A stretch of 64,000 nt of DNA. Source: Bacillota bacterium (GTDB taxonomy: Bacteria > Bacillota > Sulfobacillia > JAMCWA01). Below the pieces are notes generated by a model. The model did not search any database, was not told the DNA's origin, and was given only the letters and a program-made list of their open reading frames with translations. Positions 10,398 through 20,337 of the stretch are shown in pieces; the stretch's first letter is position 1, and every line of letters starts with the position of its first letter. The stretch lies in assembly GCA_023475165.1 (NCBI GenBank), contig JAMCWA010000088.1, forward strand, positions 2,298 to 66,297, in the 5' to 3' direction. The translations under genes and the position numbers were made by a program.

Positions 10398-11425
10398 CAC
10401 AGCCTCTAATCTACCCTTTCACGGCCATAGTGGGGCAGGAAAAGATGAAGCTGGGCCTCGTTTTAAATGCTATCAACCCCCGCCTTGGCGGCGTCCTAAT
10501 TCGTGGGGAAAAAGGTACGGCCAAATCCACTGCGGTCAGGGCGCTAGCGGCCTTGTTACCCGAGATTGAAGTCGTCGAAGATTGCCCCTATAGTTGCGAT
10601 CCCCACGACTATAGCAGTATGTGTAGTACCTGCCGGCAAAGGGTGGATTCTGGCGAGGTACTCCCAAGGGCTACGCGGCGCATGAGAGTGGTAGATTTAC
10701 CCGTTTCCGTAACTGAAGATAGAGTGGTCGGGACCCTTAATCTTGAGGAGGCTATCAAAAAGGGGGAAAAGCGGTTCGAGCCAGGCCTCCTGGCCACCGC
10801 CAACCGGGGTATCTTGTATGTCGATGAGGTCAACCTCCTCGACGATCATATCGTTGATATTTTGCTTGATTCCGCGGCCATGGGCGTGAACACCGTAGAA
10901 CGAGAGGGAATTTCCTTTACTCATCCCGCCAATTTTATCTTGGTGGGAACGATGAATCCTGAAGAAGGTGAGTTAAGACCGCAGCTGCTCGACCGTTTTG
11001 GACTAATGGTACAGGTGGAAGGAATGGCCGATCCGGTCATGAGAATGGAGGTGGTCAAGCGCAGGCTTTCTTTTGACGATGATCCGGACGGGTTTTATGC
11101 GCAATGGGAAGAGGAAGAGCACCGCGTCGCTGACCAGATCCTTAAGGCACGGAGCCTAGTACCTCACGTGCCCATTTCCGAGAGCCTTATGTATGCAATT
11201 GCGCGCATCGCCATCGAGCTGGGGGTTGATGGTCACCGGGCGGACATTGTCATGGTCAAGGCTGCTAAAACGTTGGCTGCTTTACAGGGAAAAGATGAAG
11301 CTACTATTGAAGACGTAAGAACGGTTGCTGAGCTGGTATTACCGCATCGCCTGCGGCGCCGGCCTTTCGAGGACGCGTCTTTCGATTTCAGCCGACTGGA
11401 CGAACTGCTCCGCGTTAATGTCTAG
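10394..11425 (+). CDS. Mg/Co-chelatase I-type AAA+ ATPase subunit (ChlI/BchI-like)
   Basis: TTG start with [29 protein letters not shown] and [14 protein letters not shown] motifs. Confidence 0.85.
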   Translation: MTQPLIYPFTAIVGQEKMKLGLVLNAINPRLGGVLIRGEKGTAKSTAVRALAALLPEIEVVEDCPYSCDPHDYSSMCSTCRQRVDSGEVLPRATRRMRVVDLPVSVTEDRVVGTLNLEEAIKKGEKRFEPGLLATANRGILYVDEVNLLDDHIVDILLDSAAMGVNTVEREGISFTHPANFILVGTMNPEEGELRPQLLDRFGLMVQVEGMADPVMRMEVVKRRLSFDDDPDGFYAQWEEEEHRVADQILKARSLVPHVPISESLMYAIARIAIELGVDGHRADIVMVKAAKTLAALQGKDEATIEDVRTVAELVLPHRLRRRPFEDASFDFSRLDELLRVNV

Positions 11426-11428
11426 ATT

Positions 11429-11467
11429 TTGTCATCTAATCCTCCGGGTTGTCATCTAATCCCCGGG
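11429..11467. repeat. Tandem 20-bp direct repeat TTGTCATCTAATCC(T/C)CCGGG x2
   Basis: Read directly after the chlI-like stop, between chlI and the binding-protein gene. Confidence 0.6.
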
Positions 11468-11553
11468 GGGAGCTGGCGAGGAGGTGTTAGAGAAGCACGG
11501 GAGGGGCAGCGGATTCTATTGTTCTCAAAAAAGAAGAAGGAGGTTATCGAAAA

Positions 11554-12603
11554 GTGGGGAGTAAAAAAAATCGCTTTGTCGCCAGGGTGCTACCGCTATT
11601 AATGTTGCTAATAATCTTTCTAACCGGGTGTAGTAGCCCGAAAAACGCCGCTCAAAATGGCCTAACCGGGAAGACAGTCAAAACTTTTGTTGACGGTACG
11701 GGCAAGGAAGTAAAGATTAGCTGCCCGGTGGATAAAATCGTTTGCCTTACCTCCGGTGTATCGGAAATACTTTATGCTTTAGACAGCGCTGACAAGATGA
11801 TTGGACGCGATAGTTACTCTATTTTCCCGGCAGACCTGGAGAAAATCCCGGTGATGGCCAAATCTTCTTTTTCTCCAAACCTGGAAGCCATCATCAAGAG
11901 CGCGCCGGATGTGGTCATCGCCGATACCATGTTAAAGGACGATCTGCGGGCCAAGCTGGAAGAAGCTGGCCTACCGGTTCTCGTTTATACAACTTCTTAT
12001 CCCCATGAAACTGCCTTAGTCGTGAAGCAAATGGGTGAACTGACGGGGAAGGAGGAAAGAGCGGCCAAGTTAATCGCTTTTAGCGATAAATACTATCAGC
12101 TTATCAAGGATAGAGTAGCCAGGCTACCCGAAGACAAAAAGCCCCGGATTTACTACGAGTGGAATAAACCTTACTACAGTGCCGGCGATAAAACACCGGC
12201 CAATGACCGGATTGCCCTATCCGGTGGTAAAAATCTCGCCGCTGGGCAAAAGGTTAAATATCCCGAGCTAACCCCCGAATGGCTCGCCGGTCAAAATCCC
12301 CAGATCATCATCCGCATGTCCAGCCGGGAAGAGGGCGCGGATAAAATGAAAGCCCTCTACGACGAAATCCTGTCCAGGCCGGCATTGCAACAGACAACCG
12401 CCGTTAGTCAAAAAAAGGTTTCTATCATGAGCTGGGGCCTTGGTACCGGGATCAGGTCGGTAATCGGTTCCCTACACTGGGCTAAATGGTTCCACCCCGA
12501 TACATTTAGCGATATTGATCCCGAAGCTGCTCACCGCCAGTTACTGAAGGATTTCTACCATATGGAATTAAAGGGGACCTGGGTTTACCCACCGGCCAAA
12601 TGA
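11554..12603 (+). CDS. ABC importer substrate-binding lipoprotein (FecB/BtuF-like, cobalamin/siderophore type)
   Basis: Lipoprotein signal LLMLLIIFLTGCSS. Periplasmic-binding-protein class 8 character. Sits inside the B12-riboswitch operon. Confidence 0.75.
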   Translation: MGSKKNRFVARVLPLLMLLIIFLTGCSSPKNAAQNGLTGKTVKTFVDGTGKEVKISCPVDKIVCLTSGVSEILYALDSADKMIGRDSYSIFPADLEKIPVMAKSSFSPNLEAIIKSAPDVVIADTMLKDDLRAKLEEAGLPVLVYTTSYPHETALVVKQMGELTGKEERAAKLIAFSDKYYQLIKDRVARLPEDKKPRIYYEWNKPYYSAGDKTPANDRIALSGGKNLAAGQKVKYPELTPEWLAGQNPQIIIRMSSREEGADKMKALYDEILSRPALQQTTAVSQKKVSIMSWGLGTGIRSVIGSLHWAKWFHPDTFSDIDPEAAHRQLLKDFYHMELKGTWVYPPAK

Positions 12604-12684
12604 TCGGGCCATTCCCTTTTCATCCTGTGCATGAGGCTAGGGTTAGGTCTCAGTATAAATGGCAACCCGGTTAAGGGGGCATTG

Positions 12685-13797
12685 ATGATGCGTAGTAGTC
12701 TGGCCGGGGGAAATGCTCCCGGCAAGGCCGAGCGCGATTTTTACGCCCGGCTGACCAGTCATAAAATACTGACCATCATTCTTTTGAGTTTGGCTCTGCT
12801 GGCTGTTTTGGGGATTGCCCTTGGCCTGGGCAGCGCTAATATCAGCTGGGAGGATTTTTGGCAGGTTTTTAAGGGGGCAGTTTCCCCTGCCCCCGCCAGC
12901 CAGGAAACGGGAAGCAAGCTAGCGCGGACAGTAATCATTAATCTTCGCCTCCCCCGAGCGCTGCTGGCTACTCTGGCTGGCTGTAGCCTAGCCGGAGCAG
13001 GGGCGATGATGCAGGGGATTTTGCGAAATCCCCTGGCTGATCCTTACATCCTGGGCATCTCCGCCGGCGCTTCCTTCGGGGCGGCCCTGGCCGTAGTTTT
13101 GGGCTTGGGTAAGCTCGCCGGCTTCACTCTGGCGCAAGGCTATGTCGTCGTGGCCAGCGCTTTTACCTTTGGCCTGTTGGCAACTTTTATCATCTATGGC
13201 CTGGCAAGTCTTCGCGCCCTGGCTCCAGAGACCCTCGTCCTGGCCGGGGTGGCTCTGGGTTACCTCTTTTCCGCAGGCGTGTCTTTACTCAAGTATCTGT
13301 CCTCCCATGAAGAACTGCGGGAACTCACTCTATGGCTTATGGGAGGACTGGCCGGGGCTAAATGGCAATCCTTATTTTTGCTTTTTCCCGTTTGCCTGGC
13401 CGCTCTGGCTTTTCTCTGGCGCTCTTCCTGGGATCTCAATGCTCTTGGCGCCGGAGAAGAGGTGGCCGCCAACCTGGGCGTTAATCTTGGCCGGTTGCGC
13501 CGTAACGGCGCCGTCGGTGCCTCTTTACTGGCCAGCGCTACAGTGACCTTTACCGGGATTATCGGTTTTGTTGGCCTAGTGGCCCCTCACCTGGGACGTT
13601 TCCTGGTGGGGAGCGACCATCGTTACTTGATCCCAGCTTCCTGTCTCTTGGGGGCCATCCTTTTGCTGTTGGCCGACACGTTGGCGCGGACGGTGGCCAG
13701 TCCCATCGAAATTCCGGTGGGGGTGATCACTTCCCTAATCGGCGTGCCCTTTTTTCTCTCCCTCCTGTTCCGGGAAAGGAGGCGCTGGTGGTCGTGA
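12685..13797 (+). CDS. FecCD/BtuC-family ABC importer permease
   Basis: Start moved to ATGATG after AAGGGGG RBS. ~10 TM helices. FecCD signature region. Confidence 0.75.
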   Translation: MMRSSLAGGNAPGKAERDFYARLTSHKILTIILLSLALLAVLGIALGLGSANISWEDFWQVFKGAVSPAPASQETGSKLARTVIINLRLPRALLATLAGCSLAGAGAMMQGILRNPLADPYILGISAGASFGAALAVVLGLGKLAGFTLAQGYVVVASAFTFGLLATFIIYGLASLRALAPETLVLAGVALGYLFSAGVSLLKYLSSHEELRELTLWLMGGLAGAKWQSLFLLFPVCLAALAFLWRSSWDLNALGAGEEVAANLGVNLGRLRRNGAVGASLLASATVTFTGIIGFVGLVAPHLGRFLVGSDHRYLIPASCLLGAILLLLADTLARTVASPIEIPVGVITSLIGVPFFLSLLFRERRRWWS

Positions 13798-14579
13798 AAT
13801 TGGCCGTGGATGGGTTGTCTTTTAGCTACGATAGTCAACCAGTCCTCAATGAGGTAACGCTGGCCATCGATCCGGGGGAAATAGCCACCATCATCGGCCC
13901 GAACGGTTCGGGGAAAAGCACCTTCCTGCGTTGCTTGGCCAGGATATTGCTGCCGGCGCAGGGTGTAATCTATCTGGATGGCCGGAACATAACTAACCTG
14001 TCGGGCCGGTCCCTGGCTACGTTGCTGGGCTATGTCCCCCAAGAAGGGACGAAGGTATTTCCTTTAACTGTGTATGAAGCTGTGTTGCTGGGCCGCAGGC
14101 CCTATATAACCTGGGCTGTTGGGCAAAAAGACCGCCGAGTGGTAGAAGAAATCCTCCGATTTCTCCAACTGGAACCACTGGCGGGAAAACCCCTGACCAA
14201 TTTAAGCGGGGGCGAAAAACAGAGGGTAATGATCGCCCGCGCCTTGGCCCAGGAGCCCAAAATTCTCTTGCTGGATGAACCCACCTCCAACCTGGATATT
14301 CGCCACCAGTTGGAGGTGCTGGGGATCCTGGAGTCTCTGGCCCGGAAAAAGAATATGACTGTACTCATGGTATTGCATGATCTTAACCTGGCCGCCCGTT
14401 CTTCCCAAAAGCTGGTTCTTTTGCATCAGGGGCGCATCTTCGCTTCCGGTAGCCCGCAGGTGGTGCTCACGCCAGAGAATATCCGGACCGTTTATGATGT
14501 TGAAGCCCGGGTGCGCCAAGACGACCTGGGCGTTCAGGTTTTGCCCATTTCTCCGGCTAACGGGAGAGCAAAGCTTTAA
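13788..14579 (+). CDS. ABC importer ATP-binding protein (FecE/BtuD-like)
   Basis: Walker A GPNGSGKST, LSGGEKQRVMIARAL, LLLDEPTSNLD. Confidence 0.85.
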   Translation: MVVKLAVDGLSFSYDSQPVLNEVTLAIDPGEIATIIGPNGSGKSTFLRCLARILLPAQGVIYLDGRNITNLSGRSLATLLGYVPQEGTKVFPLTVYEAVLLGRRPYITWAVGQKDRRVVEEILRFLQLEPLAGKPLTNLSGGEKQRVMIARALAQEPKILLLDEPTSNLDIRHQLEVLGILESLARKKNMTVLMVLHDLNLAARSSQKLVLLHQGRIFASGSPQVVLTPENIRTVYDVEARVRQDDLGVQVLPISPANGRAKL

Positions 14580-14597
14580 GCTGGAGGGGAGAGGGTC

Positions 14598-17500
14598 ATG
14601 GCTTTTAGAATTTACTTTTATACGGCCATTGAAGGTGAGCTGGGCAATTTAAGCCAAGCTGTCCGGGCGGTCCAGAAAGACTATGGTAAGCTAGTTGAAG
14701 TGGCGGCCTTCTCGAAGCGGGGCGAACGCGGGCGAAAGGTGGGAGAAATTTCTCAACACGCCGGCGATGCTGACCTGATTATCGTCCATCTCATGGGCGG
14801 GCCGGATTCTCTACCGGGGCTCCAGGACCTAGTCGAGCTGGCCAGGGAAAAGAATATCCCTCTCGCAGTGCTGCCCTCGGTGGGAGATGACAACCAGCAG
14901 CTTTTCTCCCTCAGCAATATGTTGCCGGAAGATTACCAGCGAGTCCGCCTGTACGTGGCCTATGGCGGCGAAGATAACCTAAAAAATCTGCTTCTTTGGG
15001 CTGTGGGTAGATACGGCGGTAGAGAAATGGCGGCGGTCGAGCCCCGCCCGCTACCCTGGGAAGGCTTTTACCACCCCGACTACCTGACGCCGGAGGCGGC
15101 GGAACTTTATCTAGAGGAGAAGCTCAAAGAAGGTCGTCCGGTGGTGGGTATACTTTTCTACCAGAGCGTTTGGGCGGCAGGAAATACGACGTTCATTGCC
15201 GAACTCGTTCGACAGATTGAAAAACAAGGCGGCACAGCCTGGCCGGTCTTTCTTTATGCCACCAGGAACGACGAACTGGGCAGCCGGGGTCTGGCCTGGG
15301 TGCTGGAAAACTATTTTAGCCGGGACGGGCGGCCAGTGGTCGACGTGGTTATGAATACCCTCATGTTTTCTCAAACCATGGCGACGCCCACCTTCAGTCG
15401 AGTAGAAGAAAAAGAGCTTTACCAGCGGCTAGGCGTGCCCCTGATTAAAGCCATCGTGTCCCTAACGCCATTTGACGAATGGCAAAAAAGCCAGCAGGGA
15501 CTGGGCCCCCTGGACGTAGTTATGAGTGTGGCCTTACCCGAATTTGACGGGGATCTAATCAGCGTGCCCGTGGCCACCCGGGAAGAGATCGGGGAAGATC
15601 CCTCGACCGGTGCCGTCTTAAGCCAATATGTACCTATTCCCGAACGGGTAAGCAAGGTCGCCTCCCTGGCCCTACGCTGGGCCTGGCTAAGGCGTAAGCC
15701 CAATCAGGAGAAAAGAGTAGCCATTATCCTGCACAATTACCCGCCACGCAATGACCGTATCGGCAATGCCTTTGGTCTGGATACACCGGCCAGCGTCCAC
15801 CGCCTGTTGGTGGCCATGCGGGCCGCTGGCTACCGGGTGGAGGATTTGCCACCGGATGGGGCGGCCATGATGGAGAAGATCCTGTCCGGGCTGACCAACG
15901 AGCATGGCTGGCTCGACCCGCGGGAGATGGATCACCGGGCGGTCGCCCGGGTGGACGGTGATACCTATCGGAACTGGTTTAAGGCCTTTCCTGCTCAGGC
16001 TCGGGAGCATTTAACGGACAATTGGGGGGAACCACCGGGAGAACTATTTAATTACCGGGATCAGCTCCTCATCCCGGGTATTTTCTTGGGGAACGTTTTC
16101 ATCGGCATTCAGCCACCGCGAGGCTTTCTTGAGGATCCGGCCGCAATTTATCACAGCCCTGACCTGGCTCCACCCCACCACTATCTCGCTTATTACCGCT
16201 GGCTGCGCGACGTTTTCCAGGCGGATATGGTTTTTCATATCGGCAAGCATGGTTCCCTGGAGTGGCTTCCGGGCAAGGGGGTGGGATTGTCCGCAGCCTG
16301 TTTCCCGGATCTGGCCATTGATGACCTGCCTCACCTTTACCCTTATATCATTAACAATCCCGGGGAGGGCACCCAAGCCAAAAGGAGGTCCCATGCCGGG
16401 ATCATTGCCCACTTACCACCGGTTATGACCAGGGCGGATACGTACGATGAGCTGGCCGAGATCGAAGTCCTCGTTAAAGAGTACCACCAGGCCAAGACTT
16501 TGGATGAGACAAAACTACCGGCTTTACGCGACTTGATCTGGGAAAAATCTGCGGCCAGCCGGTTGGACCGTGACCTGGGCCTCTCGAAAGAAGAGGCGCA
16601 ACAAGACTGGGAAGGTTTCCTCGAACGGCTGCACACCTACCTTTATGAGGTCAAAGATACCCTCATCCGGGATGGCCTCCACATCCTGGGCCAGGCACCT
16701 GAAAATGAAGCTTTAATAGAAATGCTCCTGGCTTTAACGCGGGTACCCAACAATGACTTTCCCTCTTTACGAGAACGATTGGCCCTGATCAGGGGATACA
16801 ATTACGACCAGTTGCTGGCCGAGCCTGGATTCTTCGACGCGGCGACAGGGCGCACCAACGCTGAAATTATGGAGGAAATCGAGAAATTCAGCCGAGAGTT
16901 TATCAACGCCTTGGCCTCCTCTGGCTTCCGCGAGGAAGTCGTCCCACTAATTTCCGAAAAGACTCTGGGGTGCCGGGATGAAGAAATTATCCGGCTGGGT
17001 GGATATATTAGTAGCTTCCTGGTACCGTCCCTGCAAGCGACGGCAGAAGAAATCGGGAACTCCATTAAAGGCTTGGCGGGCGGTTTCATTCCTCCGGGAC
17101 CTTCGGGTTCGCCTACCCGGGGCATGGCAGATATCCTGCCTACAGGCCGGAACTTTTACTCTCTTGATCCCCAGGCCGTACCCACCCGTGCGGCTTGGGA
17201 AGTCGGTAAGAAACTTACCGAGGCTCTCCTTGAGCGCTACCGGCAGGAAAAAGGTGATTACCCGGACAATGTCGGCATGGTGATCTGGGCCACTGCCAAT
17301 ATGCGTACGGGGGGCGATGATATCGCTCAGGCCTTGTACCTGTTGGGAGTACGACCAGTATGGGACGAAAAAAGCGGACGGGTTAAAGGGTTGGCGGTGA
17401 TCCCCCTTGAGGAGCTGGGGCGTCCGCGGGTCGATGTAACTATCCGGGCTTCCGGGATGTTTCGTGATGCCTTCTTGAACGTGATCCACCTGCTCGACCG

Positions 17501-18353
17501 GGCGGTGGAAATGGTCGCTGCGTTGGACGAACCGGAGACGATGAATTTTGTGGCGGCTCATGTAAAAGCTGAAGCCGATAGATTGATAGCGGAAGGAGTA
17601 GAGGAAGAGCCGGCTCGGGAGGAAGCCAGGTGGCGCATTTTCAGCGACCGGCCGGGCACTTACGGCGCCGGGGTTAACGATTTAATCGCCGCCAGGAATT
17701 GGCAAGATGTAAACGATCTGGGGAAGGTCTATGTTACCTGGGGCGGTTACGCCTACAGCCGCCGTGCTTTTGGGAGGGAGGCCCAGGCCACCTTTTGGCG
17801 CCGGTTGGCTACGGTGGCGGCGACAGTAAAGAACGAGGACAGCCGGGAGATAGACATGTTTGACAGTGATGACTTCTATTCTTACCACGGCGGCATGGTG
17901 GCGGCAGTTAAGGCCATCAAAGGAGAATGTCCCCTCTCCTTCAGCGGCGACAGCAGCGATCCCAGACGAGTACGGGTGCGTAGCCTCGAGGAAGAGACCC
18001 GGCATATCTTCCGGGCACGAGTGCTTAACCCCAAGTGGATTGAAAGCATGAAGCGCCATGGGTATAAGGGGGCTGGCGATCTGGCGGCCGTGGTCGAGCA
18101 TTCTTTTGGTTGGGACGCCACGGCGGAAGTGCTGGAAGACTGGCTCTATGAAGCCCTGGCGCAAAAGTACGCCCTAGATCCAGGGATGCAGGAGTGGTTT
18201 AAGGAGGTTAACCCCTGGGCCTTGCGGACGATCACGGCGCAGCTTCTGGAAGCCATCGAAAGAGGAATGTGGCAAGCCCAGCCGGAAACGGCTGCCGCTT
18301 TAAAGGAGTTGTACCTGGATATAGAAGGGGAATTAGAAGACTGGACGGAGTGA
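14598..18353 (+). CDS. cobN: CobN-family cobaltochelatase large subunit (CobN/ChlH superfamily)
   Basis: 1251-aa ORF with strong RBS GGAGGGGAGAGGG. Length and internal blocks typical of CobN. Confidence 0.85.
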   Translation: MAFRIYFYTAIEGELGNLSQAVRAVQKDYGKLVEVAAFSKRGERGRKVGEISQHAGDADLIIVHLMGGPDSLPGLQDLVELAREKNIPLAVLPSVGDDNQQLFSLSNMLPEDYQRVRLYVAYGGEDNLKNLLLWAVGRYGGREMAAVEPRPLPWEGFYHPDYLTPEAAELYLEEKLKEGRPVVGILFYQSVWAAGNTTFIAELVRQIEKQGGTAWPVFLYATRNDELGSRGLAWVLENYFSRDGRPVVDVVMNTLMFSQTMATPTFSRVEEKELYQRLGVPLIKAIVSLTPFDEWQKSQQGLGPLDVVMSVALPEFDGDLISVPVATREEIGEDPSTGAVLSQYVPIPERVSKVASLALRWAWLRRKPNQEKRVAIILHNYPPRNDRIGNAFGLDTPASVHRLLVAMRAAGYRVEDLPPDGAAMMEKILSGLTNEHGWLDPREMDHRAVARVDGDTYRNWFKAFPAQAREHLTDNWGEPPGELFNYRDQLLIPGIFLGNVFIGIQPPRGFLEDPAAIYHSPDLAPPHHYLAYYRWLRDVFQADMVFHIGKHGSLEWLPGKGVGLSAACFPDLAIDDLPHLYPYIINNPGEGTQAKRRSHAGIIAHLPPVMTRADTYDELAEIEVLVKEYHQAKTLDETKLPALRDLIWEKSAASRLDRDLGLSKEEAQQDWEGFLERLHTYLYEVKDTLIRDGLHILGQAPENEALIEMLLALTRVPNNDFPSLRERLALIRGYNYDQLLAEPGFFDAATGRTNAEIMEEIEKFSREFINALASSGFREEVVPLISEKTLGCRDEEIIRLGGYISSFLVPSLQATAEEIGNSIKGLAGGFIPPGPSGSPTRGMADILPTGRNFYSLDPQAVPTRAAWEVGKKLTEALLERYRQEKGDYPDNVGMVIWATANMRTGGDDIAQALYLLGVRPVWDEKSGRVKGLAVIPLEELGRPRVDVTIRASGMFRDAFLNVIHLLDRAVEMVAALDEPETMNFVAAHVKAEADRLIAEGVEEEPAREEARWRIFSDRPGTYGAGVNDLIAARNWQDVNDLGKVYVTWGGYAYSRRAFGREAQATFWRRLATVAATVKNEDSREIDMFDSDDFYSYHGGMVAAVKAIKGECPLSFSGDSSDPRRVRVRSLEEETRHIFRARVLNPKWIESMKRHGYKGAGDLAAVVEHSFGWDATAEVLEDWLYEALAQKYALDPGMQEWFKEVNPWALRTITAQLLEAIERGMWQAQPETAAALKELYLDIEGELEDWTE

Positions 18354-18375
18354 AGAAGGCCTGATCCCAGGCAAT

Positions 18376-19464
18376 TTGTCGATTTTGCCGGGAATGAAGA
18401 TGGGAATGTCTAGCCTTAATCATTATCTCCAATATCTGATTCTACGCCTAACCGACGACTGCAATCTGCGCTGCCGCTACTGTTACGCTTCGGGAGGCAG
18501 AAACAAAACCACAATGCCCTGGCCAGTTGCGAAAAAGGCCCTCGATCTAGCTGGGGCCAGTGGTCTTCCCTTTTCAGTGCAGTTGACCGGCGGCGAACCC
18601 TTATTGGCCTGGGATTTGGCTCAAGAAGCGATAACCTATTGCCGATCAGTAGGGTACCACGCGTTTTTTAAATTGCAGACCAACGGTACCTTGATCTCTT
18701 CTCGCGTGGCGCGCGAGTTAAGGCGCTTAAATATTGGAGTCGGTATCAGCCTTGACGGACCACCCAATGCCAATGAGTATCTTCGACCCCGAGCGGACGG
18801 CGGGAGGTCCACTCAAGCCACAATTACCGGAATGCAAAATCTGGCTGAAGAACAAGTCATGGTTGGTGTAACGGCAGTGATAACGTCAAAAAATATCCAC
18901 CACCTGCACTGGTTATTAGACCTTTCGCTCTACGCAGGAAATATCGGTGGGATAACCTTTGACATCTTACGTAAGCAGGGAAGAGCTGTAGCGGATTATG
19001 ATGACCTCTATCCTCAGTCGGAAGACGTTAGAGAGGGCTTAAAAAAGGTAGTTGACCATGCGGCCTTTCTTAAAAGTCTGGGTGTTAAAGTGCCGAAACT
19101 TCGCCACCTCGAACACATTCGTTATTTTAAAGCGACCGACCTGCCCCGCTCCTCATATTGTTATGCTACCACGGGGAAATCCCTAGCTATCACGCCAGAT
19201 GGTTCAGCCTATCCCTGCGCCTCCCTGGCCGAAGAGAAAGTTTTCTATTTAGGGAATATCATGGATCCACATTTTTCCCCATTCAGGGCTTATCAAGCGC
19301 ATCCGATTTTGAAAAACAATCCTCGGCCCGCGCCTTGTTCAACGTGCGGCCATTCCTCGTTCTGTGGAGGCGGTTGCTTGGCTAGGAATTATGCCATCAG
19401 CCCCGACTTAAACCAACCAGACCCGGCTTTTTGCGCAATGATATCAACCCTTAGTCGGTTTTAA
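18376..19464 (+). CDS. Radical SAM enzyme with C-terminal SPASM/twitch auxiliary-cluster domain
   Basis: CNLRCRYC (Cx3Cx2C) near the N-terminus. C-terminal CSTCGHSSFCGGGC. Only 23 nt after the cobN stop. Start codon uncertain (TTG 18376 or ATG 18394-18406). Confidence 0.75.
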   Translation: MSILPGMKMGMSSLNHYLQYLILRLTDDCNLRCRYCYASGGRNKTTMPWPVAKKALDLAGASGLPFSVQLTGGEPLLAWDLAQEAITYCRSVGYHAFFKLQTNGTLISSRVARELRRLNIGVGISLDGPPNANEYLRPRADGGRSTQATITGMQNLAEEQVMVGVTAVITSKNIHHLHWLLDLSLYAGNIGGITFDILRKQGRAVADYDDLYPQSEDVREGLKKVVDHAAFLKSLGVKVPKLRHLEHIRYFKATDLPRSSYCYATTGKSLAITPDGSAYPCASLAEEKVFYLGNIMDPHFSPFRAYQAHPILKNNPRPAPCSTCGHSSFCGGGCLARNYAISPDLNQPDPAFCAMISTLSRF

Positions 19465-19481
19465 TCTGGGGAGGTACCCTG

Positions 19482-20321
19482 ATGATTAAAATAACGGGTG
19501 TAACCAAGCGATATGGAAAGATCGTGGCAGTCAACAATCTAGACCTGCACATTGAAAAAGGGGAGTTTTTCGGATTGTTAGGCCCAAATGGTGCCGGCAA
19601 AACCACACTGATTAAGATACTGACCACCCTGTCGCGGCCAGACAGCGGGACTTTAACCATTAACGGTCATGATGTTACCAAAGACCTGGTTCATGTGAAG
19701 GCCTCCGTTGGTCTTGTCCCTCAACATACTAATCTCGATATGGAACTGACCGTTTGGGAAAACCTTGAGCTTCATGGTCTTTTATTCGGGCTACCCAAAA
19801 AGGAGAGACGCCAAACTATAGAGGAATTACTCACCTTCACCGAGTTAACTGAACACCGTCAACGCTTGGCCGGTAGTCTCTCCGGGGGGATGAAGCGCAG
19901 ACTCCTCATCGCACGAGCACTTCTCCACCGACCCCGCCTGCTGTTCCTCGACGAACCCACTATCGGCCTTGATCCGTATACTCGGCGCAAGATCTGGGAC
20001 CTTTTAAAGAGCATGAACAATGCCGGATTAACCATTCTCTTGACGACCCATTATATTGAAGAAGCGGCAGCCCTTTGCAATCGGGTTGCTCTCATTGATC
20101 ATGGATCGATAGTTGCCCTTGGTTCTCCGTCAGAGCTTAAGAATATGATCGGGTCATATGTGGTGGTCTACGACGATCAAGGCGTAACCAGGTACAATTT
20201 TTTTAGCGACCGGGAGGCAGCAGTTGATTTTGCCCGCCAAATAACGCAGAATGTCACAATCCGAGAAACGAACCTCGAGGACGTTTTCTTGCGTTTGACC
20301 AGCCATCCGGTGGCGGAATAA
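19482..20321 (+). CDS. ABC transporter ATP-binding protein (ABC-2 exporter type)
   Basis: GPNGAGKTT, LSGGMKRRLLIARAL, LFLDEPTIGLD. RBS GGGGAGG. Confidence 0.9.
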   Translation: MIKITGVTKRYGKIVAVNNLDLHIEKGEFFGLLGPNGAGKTTLIKILTTLSRPDSGTLTINGHDVTKDLVHVKASVGLVPQHTNLDMELTVWENLELHGLLFGLPKKERRQTIEELLTFTELTEHRQRLAGSLSGGMKRRLLIARALLHRPRLLFLDEPTIGLDPYTRRKIWDLLKSMNNAGLTILLTTHYIEEAAALCNRVALIDHGSIVALGSPSELKNMIGSYVVVYDDQGVTRYNFFSDREAAVDFARQITQNVTIRETNLEDVFLRLTSHPVAE

Positions 20322-20337
20322 GGAGGGTCTCAAAAGG

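Noticed and set aside
16947-17561. 204-aa minus-strand ORF inside cobN
   Set aside because: Antisense to conserved CobN sequence. No RBS.
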